Assembly (NCBI GenBank): GCA_964016885.1
Contig: OZ024743.1
Coordinates: forward strand, 291,276,001 to 291,340,000
Source: Eledone cirrhosa
Taxonomy: Eukaryota
Direction of reading: 5' to 3'
DNA: 64,000 bases
Shown: positions 53,593-64,000 of the stretch, in pieces
How the letters are laid out: each line of letters opens with the position of its first letter
How positions within the stretch are numbered: position 1 is the stretch's first letter
The notes under the pieces: generated by a model
What the model was told of the DNA's origin: nothing
The model's database searches: none
What the model saw: only the letters and a program-made list of their open reading frames with translations
Translations under genes and position numbers: made by a program

Positions 53593-54049
53593 GTGTTGTG
53601 TGTATATGTGTGTGTCTGTGTGTGTGTGCGTGTGTGTGTGTGAGTGTGTGAGTGTGTGTGTGTATTATATTATCCAGACAACCTGTTTCATTCCAATAAA
53701 TGTTTGCTGCTGTTGTTTTCCCTTTATTCCCTCTGTATGGTACATTTATATAATATTACATTTCAAATAAATCTTTTTCGAAAAAGAATGTATTTGAAAC
53801 ATGTATAAAGATATAGTTTAAACAATATTAAAAAGTAGACAAATAAAGAAGACTTTGTCCTATTTGCTATCACTATTTTACGAATCAAAACTTGAATTAT
53901 TACCGTATATCTCTTCAAATTTCATTATCTAACGGAAAATCTATGTATTTACTCTTCTACTGTGAATGTACCATATATGATATCTATATATATATCTATC
54001 GATCTATCTATCTATACCTATATCAATATAAGAAAAAATGTGGTATTGG

Positions 54050-54700
54050 AAATAGCACGGGAAATATATTATTTAAGGATCTGTTTTTCTGTTTCTTTTT
54101 TCTTTGATTCGTCAAAGTGACATTATCGAAAAAATGAGAGGACCAATTTTTTCAGTAAAAACGAGTTCAACTCCAGAAATATCGAAATTTTCGAACATCT
54201 ACACAGAAAACTCCCCATTCAATTTAAAGATGAAAAGTAAAAGGCAAGGCAAATCACTAAAACACATTCTCACTGGACCAATATACACAAACCAATCTCC
54301 AATCTTACTGTAATAAAATGCGGAATAACAAACTATGGCAGACGCCTATACTTAACTGAAGGACAAAAATTCACATTTAATGATGGCCAAACCTTTACAG
54401 TCAAAATCTAATTCACTTGCAACTCAGAGAACCTGATATACGTAATCACAAGCGGTGTTTGTCGACATATCTATATAGGACAGACGGGTGTGTCATTACG
54501 CAAAAGAATGGCCATCTATCGCCAACAAATCTGAGACGTATACACAAGAAATATCTCTTTAAGTAGCCACATTGCAGATTGTGCAGGAATGACCCTACCC
54601 AACTTTAAAATCTCCCCCCCCCCCCCCCTTTCACACAACAACAAAGAATAAATAAAGAAAAAAATATTCATTATTAACAGATTTAAACCAAAATTTAATA
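54050..54700 (+). mobile_element. Decayed PLE fragment (linker plus GIY-YIG)
   Basis: FTCNSENLIYVIT..IYIGQTGVSLRKRM, paralogous to 42115-42700. Confidence 0.7.
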
Positions 54701-54827
54701 TGTAATCACTGCCATTAGATTCTCTTTCACACACGTACGCACACACACACACACGCAGACAGACACACGCATACACATACATACACACACACATACAAAC
54801 ATACTCACACACACACATACACACACA

Positions 54828-54862
<35 letters not shown>

Positions 54863-55136
54863 ACACACACACACACACCACACACCAGGAAATAAAAAGA
54901 ATTTGTTCATACACATGTTTTCCAAATATTCCTGATTGAAACTTATCACTGATACTTTGCACTGTTTTATTTTAATCTACCACCACAAAGAGACCTGTGA
55001 CAAACAAGCTAAAGCACACACACACATACATGCTTATACTTTCTAAAAGCATATACCTAAAATAGAAATTATTTTGACAATCCCATTTGCTTCTATTATT
55101 TATCTCTATCCTCTATAACAATTGTCTCTAGCTTAA

Positions 55137-57296
55137 ATGTCACCCCCTCGACACCCCCATCTGAACCGCACACCCTCCCAGCTTCTCCACTTCCCCATCA
55201 CCTACCACCGCTCCACCCTACCACGCCACCGTACCATCCTCCGCTTCTTCCGACGCCTCCAGTCCGACCCCTCCACATATCCCATCTTCCCATCCCCACC
55301 CCCTCCTTCAAACGTGCACGCAATCTCCTCACACTCCTCGCCCACAGCCCCTTACCCCCAATCCACCCCCCGGCTCACTTTCCTGCTCCAGGGCTCGACG
55401 CTACACCTGCCCCCTCATCACCAACTTAACCTCCTTACATGGTCCCAACTCCCTCTCTCTCTGTCCGGCACCCCTTCCGCTGCACCTCCTCCAACCTAGT
55501 ATATGGACTTCGGTGCACCGAGTGCAGCGCAACCTACGTCAGACAGACTAGACGTCGCCTAGCGGACCGTTTCACGGAACACCTATGGGATATTCGCCTC
55601 GGCGGGAGTTCCCCGATCGCCCGCCACTTTCGCTCCCCTGGGCATTCCCCCCAAGACCTCACAGTCTGTGGCCTACTCCAATGCCATAGAACAGCCGCCA
55701 CCCGCCTCACAGTCGAACAACGCACCATCTTCACCCTCCAGACCCACACACCTCCGGCCTGAACTCCCACCCCTATTCCTTTAGCCTTCGACCGCCCACC
55801 CTTCCCCCCATATTCCCCACTAAATCCTCTAACACACTTCCCCTTTTCACCGTCCCATTCCCCAACTAACAATGCTAACATCCCCACCCCTCCCCCTAAC
55901 ACGCACACACCCACCCGAATATATATACACGCACTCACACTATCCACACACCAATACTACCACCACTAACCCTCACCCACACATCCACTCCGACCACCCC
56001 ACAACTAACATCACTACCCTCCCCTCGACCCCACGCACATGAACACACACCATCACACACACACACCGACACCTATGTACACCACGCACTCGACACACCC
56101 AACCACCACTAACCCCCACTTACACACCCGCTTTCCCCCCTTTTCCCACCACATGAAATACTAACACCGGCTAACACCCCCTTTACCACACACACACTCA
56201 TCCAAACATGCACACACATACCAGTACGCTACACTCCCTCCTCCGTCTCCAACAACTCTTCCCCCCTCTCCCCCTCTCTCTCCCTCTCTCTCCCGCCCTG
56301 CGCTCCCCCTACACCCCCACACACACAGCCCACTAACTCTTCTACTAATATACACCCCATCGCCCCACTTCACCACCTTCCCCCTCCACCTTTCACACAT
56401 ACCCATCCTTCCCACTGTCCATCGCACCTCCGCACGCACACCCACACACAGTTCTCAACACACTGACCTTACTCCACCTGTCATCCTGCTCTACTGCTAT
56501 CTCTTCACCCTACCTTGACCCTCTGACCAGATCCTGTTACGCGCGACCCCTCTTGATCCACTTCTGACCACATCCAACATTGGATTCTACACTACTGGGC
56601 ATGTCTCCAGCCATCCACTCCATAACATGAAAAATATCCAGCAACCTTTCTCACACTCGATGGAACTACCTCAGGAACTTACCCACGAACATACACTCAC
56701 ATTTATTTTTCGCACCATGCCACCCACATCCACACCACATATAAACACAAACACACACGTGCGTACCCCCACATATACACACTCAACCTCCGGAATACAC
56801 ACGCTCCGTCCGCCACCCCCTGACCCCCTCCTGCCACACGCACGCACACTCCGACTTACACCACACCCACACACATACCTTTTACTGAACATGGAAGCTC
56901 GTTCTTCCTCTCACATACACACGCACACACACTCACATACACCTACACACATACACAAACCCACCTTCAGCCTTCCCCGCTTCGATCTCCCGCCTCCCTC
57001 GTCCAACTCCACCCGCCACCACCCTTACACGCCTCACACCGTTCCACCAATTGTTCATCTTATTGTTTATTCTTATGTTTATTTTTACGTTTATGTCTAT
57101 TTTTATTATTATTTGTTCTCCTTCCCCCTTTTTTCTAAATGTGTTTCCACACACCCTCTGAACTCTCTTCCTAACCTATTTATCCTGAAGACGAGCTTAT
57201 GCCCAAAAGGTCCCCCCCCCCCCACTCTCATGAGCGTGAACCTAATAAACCTTTATTTGTCTGCCTCTCTGTTTTGTTCCCGTCTAAATTTGCACT
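55137..57296 (+). mobile_element. PLE 3' portion (GIY-YIG plus long C-rich 3' region and pLTR)
   Basis: FRCTSSNLVYGLRCTECSATYVRQTRRRLADRFTEHL..PIARHF; degenerate HHR CTGAAGACGAGCTTATGCCCAAAA at ~57185; AATAAA near the end. Confidence 0.75.
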
Positions 57297-57399
57297 ATAT
57301 ATATATATATATATATATATACAAATATATATATAGTGCACATTTAGATGCGAACAAAACAGAGAGGCAGACAAATAAAGGTTTATTATGTTCACGCTA

Positions 57400-57478
<79 letters not shown>

Positions 57479-57599
57479 AGTGTAACTTGGAGTTAATGTA
57501 GGTTCGCCCGGGTGAGCACTGAATGTTTAGGTTCACTTCAGTGTCAAGGTGTAGAGCTATACAGAGTGTATTATAGTTAAATAAGATAACATTACAAGG

Positions 57600-57684
57600 G
57601 GTCTGACGAGCCGCAGATTACAGTGTCAGGTCAGATCGATACAGATCGAACGTTGAGCTAGTGAGTGGCGAAACGCGCGTCACC
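57600..57684 (+). ncRNA. Type-I hammerhead ribozyme, family H
   Basis: GGT-CTGACGA-GCCGC-(50 nt)-GTGGC-GAAA-CGCGCG-TC-ACC followed by AATAAA; canonical core, GUC site; lies in a ~260-bp island (57476-57737) between (TA)n tracts. Confidence 0.82.
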
Positions 57685-57732
57685 AACCAATAAACGTAAT
57701 GAAGGTGTAACCAATCTCATTGGTATCTTATT

Positions 57733-58066
<334 letters not shown>

Positions 58067-58070
<4 letters not shown>

Positions 58071-58980
58071 ATATACAGATGGGCGGAAGAAAACAACATG
58101 CAGTTTAATGCTGGCAAATTCCAAGCCGTACAATACAAACCTGCAAACACAAATATAGTGGAACACAGCTACACAGGACCAGGAGGGACCGATATCCCCG
58201 TGTCAAAATCGATACGAGACCTGGGCATAGACATGAGCGATGATGCATCTTTTTCTTCACACATCATGAAAGTGGCGACAACATGCAGACGACTCGCTGG
58301 CTGGATCTTTAGGACTTCGCGGACAAGAGATCGAGACACCATGTTGACACTGTGATGGACTTTTGTCCTAAGCCGCCTGGACTACTGCTCCCAGTTGTGG
58401 TCACCCCATAGTGTCAAACTAACCACGGAGCTTGAGGCAATCCAGCGAAGCTACACCAAGAGGATTGCCAAGATGAGGGAGACAAGCTACTGGGAGAGGC
58501 TTAAGGAACTGAACCTCTACTCCTTGGAGCGAAGACGGGAGAGATACGCAGTGATCTACATGTGGAAAATCCTGGAGGGACTAGCACCAAACTTTGGCAT
58601 TGGGAGCTGGACCAACCGTCGAACAGGACGTCACTGTGTGGTGCCAAAGGTCCCGTCTTCCACATCTAGAATAAGGAGCAGGTATTGCAATAGCCTGGGA
58701 TTCAAGGGCCCTCAACTCTTCAACAGGCAGCCGAGGCATCTGAGAGACTTGCATGACGTGGAGGTGGATGTCTTTAAGAAACATCTCGACACCTTGTTAT
58801 CCAGGATCCCGGATGAGCCCACAGCAAGATACGAGGGAAACCAAGGGCAGCAGCAACAAACTCCCTCCTACACCAGTGGCCAACCTATACAGGCTGGAGA
58901 TTAAATGTGTAGCAACAAGGGCGGTGCCCCAGCATGGCCTCAGCCGGATGGCTGAAGCTGGTAAAAGAGTAAAAGAGTAA
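58067..58980 (+). mobile_element. CR1-group LINE 3' fragment
   Basis: [52 protein letters not shown]; tail (GTAAAAGA)n. Confidence 0.85.
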
Positions 58981-58989
58981 TATATATAT

Positions 58990-59210
58990 GTGGAGGCGTG
59001 TGGCTGAGTGGTTATAGAATTGGATTCGCAATCGTAAGGTTGTGAGTTCGATTCCTGGACCAGGCGATGCGTTATGTCCTTGAGCAAGGCACTTCATTTC
59101 ACGTTGTTCCTTCTACCTGGAGTTGCGACCGATAGATATTATTAGCAACTGGAAAGCCAACGGAAACAGTGTTCCCTCGGTCCGATTTGACGAAAGTCGA
59201 TCGTTCCTAT
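58990..59210 (+). mobile_element. tRNA-derived SINE family 2
   Basis: TGGCTGAGTGG..GAGTTCGATTCC head; matches 29915-30130. Confidence 0.88.
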
Positions 59211-59273
59211 TATATATATATTTATACCATATACATTGATTTCTTCCGATACATATATGCATATATATGTGTC

Positions 59274-59316
<43 letters not shown>

Positions 59317-59556
59317 GTAATCTGAGTTTTTCGAATGTCAATAATAGTATTCGATTCGTTTGCAAATATGCAAAAGCCTCTTTAAAGCCATGTCAGTAGA
59401 ATGACCTCGTGGTGTTTGCTCTTGTATTGGCATGTAAGCAGAATTGCAGACACAATTGTTTATGGGTGATTACACTTCATCAGTACAATATAAATTGTAG
59501 TGAAAATATACAGTGACTGTCAGAGATATATATATTTATATATATATATATTATAT

Positions 59557-59652
59557 TTCGTTTCTGAATTTGTTTAGCAAGATTATTTATCTGAAAGCAA
59601 CTTGTACGTGTGTTTCTTATTGGCAACATGACCCTCCCAAAGTATAACAATA
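59557..59652. mobile_element. Family B mini inverted cassette
   Basis: Minus long-tail end (59557-59596) joined to plus short-tail end (~59593-59652), (TA)n on both sides. Confidence 0.8.
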
Positions 59653-59764
59653 TATATATATATATATAAAACATGAGAAGAAAAAATACTGCGTGGTTGC
59701 ACATGGGTTACATATGATAAAAATATTCCTTCGGCAGTGATATATATATATATATATATATATA

Positions 59765-62700
59765 TGAAGGCTGCAAACTCGTTTTCGAGCATTGCAATTA
59801 CCCGATAAAATGCTCAAAAATATGAGGCACGTATGTGGGTATTTAAAGCACCCAAAGACATGCATGCCCGGCACACACATGACAACTGTAGGCTCTTCTG
59901 GATCGTCCCATTGCTTTGTTCTGAAGGTGAGTTCTCGTGTGTCTTTTAAGACCTTCCATGCTTGCACCTACCCTGTCATATTCCGTACACCTTTTCAGAT
60001 CATAATCTCCATAAGGTCTACTGATATGACTTGGTTAATGCCTAATCAAATTAGCTTTGCTCAGGTAGACTCCACCACAGTGCTTTTTAACCAGATGCTG
60101 CTCAACAGCAGGCAGTTCAGAGCAGTCCCTTTTCCTCACCTTTCTTTTCAGGACTAGGTTTTCTTTTCGGCGACTTTAAAAGTGTTTGATAAAACGTGTC
60201 TACTTCACACGCTCCTGAGCCATTTCCTCCAATTCGTCAGATGGATTTCCAGCGTAAGCCAAGGTGGCTCTGTTACAGTCCCGGTAGCGCATCATTTGGT
60301 TTGTGTATTGATCGCCTTCCTTCGCACAGTTTACCGTAGAGGAGTTGCTTTGGAATACGATCATCACATATCCGGACCACGTGACCGCACCACGTCAACC
60401 GATGCCGAAAGATCATAATCTCTATGCTCATGCACCTGCTTCCTTCAAGATCATCAAAATCACTGATGAACGTTTCCTATCGCACCCCAAGCATCTACGA
60501 AGAGATTGTTGGTGAAACCTCTCCAGCACCTCGAGGTGCTTTCTGTATGTGACCAAGGTTTCACAAGCATAAATCAAGGAGGAAGCGGCATTTTCACTTT
60601 GGTTTCAATAGTGATACCTAGTCTGCACCATAAACGTTCATTCAATTCAGCTGTCCGAAAACATCACTGGCTTTCTGATTCTTAAGTATATCTTATCATT
60701 AAGTGTGCATGAATTGTTCAACGTACCACTAAGGTAAACAATCTTGTCACCAAATTTATTCTCTTTCTGTACAGGTACACACATGGTGTAGTGTTTATTT
60801 CCCAAGTGCGGGCTGGTACTTCACAACAGTTATTCCCAAGCTTATTGTGAGGTCCAAATCGCTGCAAGCTTCAGAAAAAGCGTTCATAATATGCTGCATG
60901 TCACCTTGGGAGTGTGCAAACAGATCGCAGTCATCTGCATACACAAACCCTCGGATTATAGATATTAATACCTTCGTGGTTGCTCCAAAGCGCCTGAAGT
61001 TGAACAACCTTCCTGAAGTGCGAAACCCTATGTAAACTCTATGGGAGCAATTCTTCCAGAATACCATGAGAAACACTACCGTAAAATATAAGAAAAACAG
61101 AGTTGGAGCCGGAATGTCACCTGCTTCACACGACTATCAAAGGATATTGGTCCAGAGATGTTATCACCAATACTGATCCAAGCCTCCATGTCATCATGAA
61201 AAAGATGCAGAATTTCAACAAACTTTGGATGGCAGCCAAGCTTTTCCAAAATGTTCCACAACGTATTTCGCTTGAGGTTGTAAAAGGCATTTGTCAAATC
61301 AACAAATGAACTGGTAAAGGTCCATACATTGTTCAATACACTTATCACCCAGCATGGCGAGCGGGGAAGATCATATCCACTGTTTCTCTTTCGTTTCTGA
61401 ACCTACCTATGACTTAGGCAACACATTCAGAGCAACCTTTGAGATAAATCTATCCATTAAAATTCGACATATATCTTTACCCACAAGTGAAATAAGTGAT
61501 ATGTCACGATAATTGCCACATTTGTCTTTCTCACCCTTTCCTTTATGGAGAATCACCAGAAGTGTATCCTTCCTATCTTATGGGACACTCATCTTCCCAT
61601 GCCATTTTCATGAGGTCAGTCAGGCGTTGCGTGAAGTTTTCACCACCGAACCTCAAAGCATCTGCACTCAGACCATCCATACCAGGAGAGTTACCACAGT
61701 TCAGGTTATGCACAGCAGAAGTCACCTCTACACGAGATGGTCCACCAGCCATCTAATTCTTCACTGTTTCAATAGAGATGGAGCAAAGGAAACGTACCAC
61801 TATTGAGCTGAAAGAGCCATACAGTTCTCTGAGTAGAGTGTGAAGAAGTTTAACATTATTGTCATTAGATGCTGCTTGAACTTCATCTGCTTTGTTTCCC
61901 CACCAGGTATTTTACATGAACCTCTATTTCTATTTCACTGCACCTCCTTCTTTACCTGCCTTTCACGCTCATAATTGTCAAAAATAGATCTACCACCTTT
62001 AATAACTGCATCGAGTGCCTTTTGTTTTCTGTTCAGCAGAGCTTTGACCTCATGGTCATTCTCATCAAACCAGTCCTTGTGTTTTCTTGTAACAAAGCCA
62101 GGGACCGCTTCTGAAACAGACTGAGCTCCAGAAGTCATTCAAGTTGTTCGCACACTCAATATTTCAAGCTTGCTACGCAGCTCTTCCTTGACACCTTTAT
62201 CTTTCCTACGATTTATATTTAAGCGCTTTCTACTCTTAACACCATTTGCTCTTGTTTACGGTTTGATCACAAAGTTTGTCTTGGCGCGCAGCAGACGACG
62301 GTCTATCCAGCACTCTGCGCCACGCAGAACACGCCCATGCTTGATATCCTGCATGTAACGTTTCTTCACAAGAACATAGTTGATCAGATACCACAGTTTC
62401 GACCCAGGGTGCATCTATGTTGTCTTGAACTTATCATTTTGCTGGAATATCATGCTGTAGCAAGAGGAGACCATTGCTGTTATATTTCATATATGTGCAT
62501 TATATATGACCATTGCTGTAATATTTTCATATATGTCATGTCTGCCGATCACAACCCAAGTCTCATAATCCAAGGCAAGTTTCTCATCTTCATTAGAATT
62601 CATTGTTGGGGCATATACACTGGTAATTGTAAGGTAATGGTTGTACATCGTAGGAATCGTCATTGACAGGAGGCGATTGATGATGCTACTTGGAAACAAA

Positions 62701-63400
62701 TGTCGACACCACAGACGTTTTCACTTCAAAAGCCACACCTGCTTCCCTTTTGAATCCTGCTGCCCTGCCACTCCAGTAAAACGTGTAGCCACTGGACATC
62801 TCAGTAATATGAACTTCTACCAGTAGCCTTATTTCAGATGAGGCAACAATTTTCATATTGTATCGTCTTAGCTATTTGACAACAGGAGCTGATATTCTTT
62901 CTGGTCGTGATTGTAAAGACACCGAATCTGATAAGGTCTGGATGTTCCAGCAACCACTATTCACAGGTTTCCACTTCTTCTTATTCGCAGTGGCAGGATA
63001 ACGACCCATGATGTGGTGCCCTGGGGCACCTGCCAGGCCAGACCATTCACATCAGTTCCAGGACACCCATTGCCATTAATTCGTACATTATCATGGTTCA
63101 ATCAATGAATATTTGTTTGCGTTTTTTGGCTACGACCTGGCACAATGCAATAAATTATTTGTTCAAATTGATCAGGTGATGCCTGTGCTTGAATTTTTAA
63201 GTGAAGAAAAGCCCAGAATTAATCCCATTCTCTGAGCAAGTAGAGCATGTACCGAAAAGAAGAACTGGTGAACATCATCGGGTGTCCTATACACTGCAGG
63301 TGTTTATTCGGAGTTCCCCTCGCCTATAGAAGTGTCGGGCTATCTGCGTGCCTTGACGCCAACCCAGGTATTTCCTGTCTCCGCGCACACGGGTACACGT
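59765..63400 (-). mobile_element. Near full-length decayed RTE-clade LINE
   Basis: APE remnants (ITSVYAPT, RGAECWIDRR), RT remnants (FVDLTNAF, GRLFNFRR, YADDCDLFAHS), putative 5' UTR at ~63240-63400, 3' end abutting (TA)n. Confidence 0.85.
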
Positions 63401-63689
63401 TATCAAAAAAGAAGGAATTAAAATGTATATATACAAAACACAATCTTGTACATCAGAGGATATATAAGGGACGAAAGATTGAAAGATTTAAAAAGTTAAC
63501 AGGTTAAAAAAAAATGTCAAAAGAATTTAAAATGTATACATAAAGTTATACGTACGCACACACCCGGGGATATATCAAATATACATATATACATACATAT
63601 GCACATATATACCAAAATGTATACACATACACATACAAACAAAAAGAAATACATATACATAGAGTACTAATACATCCCCCACAAGTACA

Positions 63690-63890
63690 CAGTATTTGGA
63701 TGGCCGTTGACACTATTGAGTTCCTCCGCACTTTGTCGAGTTTTGTTTTTCATTCCGCAGGGTGTCCAAATACGACCCTCCTCACCAAGCAAGCTTGATG
63801 GGTTTGCCGGTTTAGTCGCTGACAACCCGACCATGCAACATGTTGTACTGGATTACATTTTACCGGTAGCGCTCGAGAGTGACCTGACAT
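63690..63890. mobile_element. Probable interspersed repeat (unclassified)
   Basis: GC-richer ~200-bp island between TA/CA microsatellites; family not identified. Confidence 0.3.
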
Positions 63891-64000
63891 ATATACATAT
63901 ATACGTACATATGTAGGTATTATACACTAGATATTAATATAATGATTCAAACGCGATACTAATCCCTGAGGTTCAAGTTTTCGAGTGACTGTTAATCAAT

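Noticed and set aside
56627-57496. 289-aa ORF
   Set aside because: Open only because of the C/A-rich skew and microsatellites; no domain.
58993-59065. tRNA gene-like sequence
   Set aside because: It is the head of SINE family 2, continuing into the SINE body with a second copy at 29915-30130.

Overview
This is AT-rich, microsatellite-dense metazoan DNA; the SINE and repeat make-up suggests a cephalopod such as Octopus, which is an inference. I found no supportable host protein-coding exon, and the window is almost entirely retroelement-derived. The only long intact ORF is ORF2 (20642-24061; APE-RT-zinc finger) of a young, near full-length Tx1/L1-clade LINE sitting in an (ATT)n tract. Its ORF1 is split by a 1-nt frameshift and a 42-bp copy of its own 3' end lies just upstream. 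The rest comprises many decayed Penelope-like elements (PLEs; RT/GIY-YIG), RTE, RTEX, CR1-group and R4/Dong LINE fragments, two tRNA-derived SINE families, and a bipartite non-autonomous RTE derivative. The main signal hidden from the ORF track is RNA structure: at least 7 sequence-unrelated families of type-I hammerhead ribozyme (HHR) motifs, mostly in head-to-head inverted cassettes anchored in (TA)n tracts. One is a non-coding ~642-nt tandem repeat with one HHR per unit, resembling a retrozyme. Separately, several (TA)n tracts carry inverted duplications of their own flanks, suggesting hairpin/fold-back repair. All calls are by eye; the boundaries of decayed elements are approximate.
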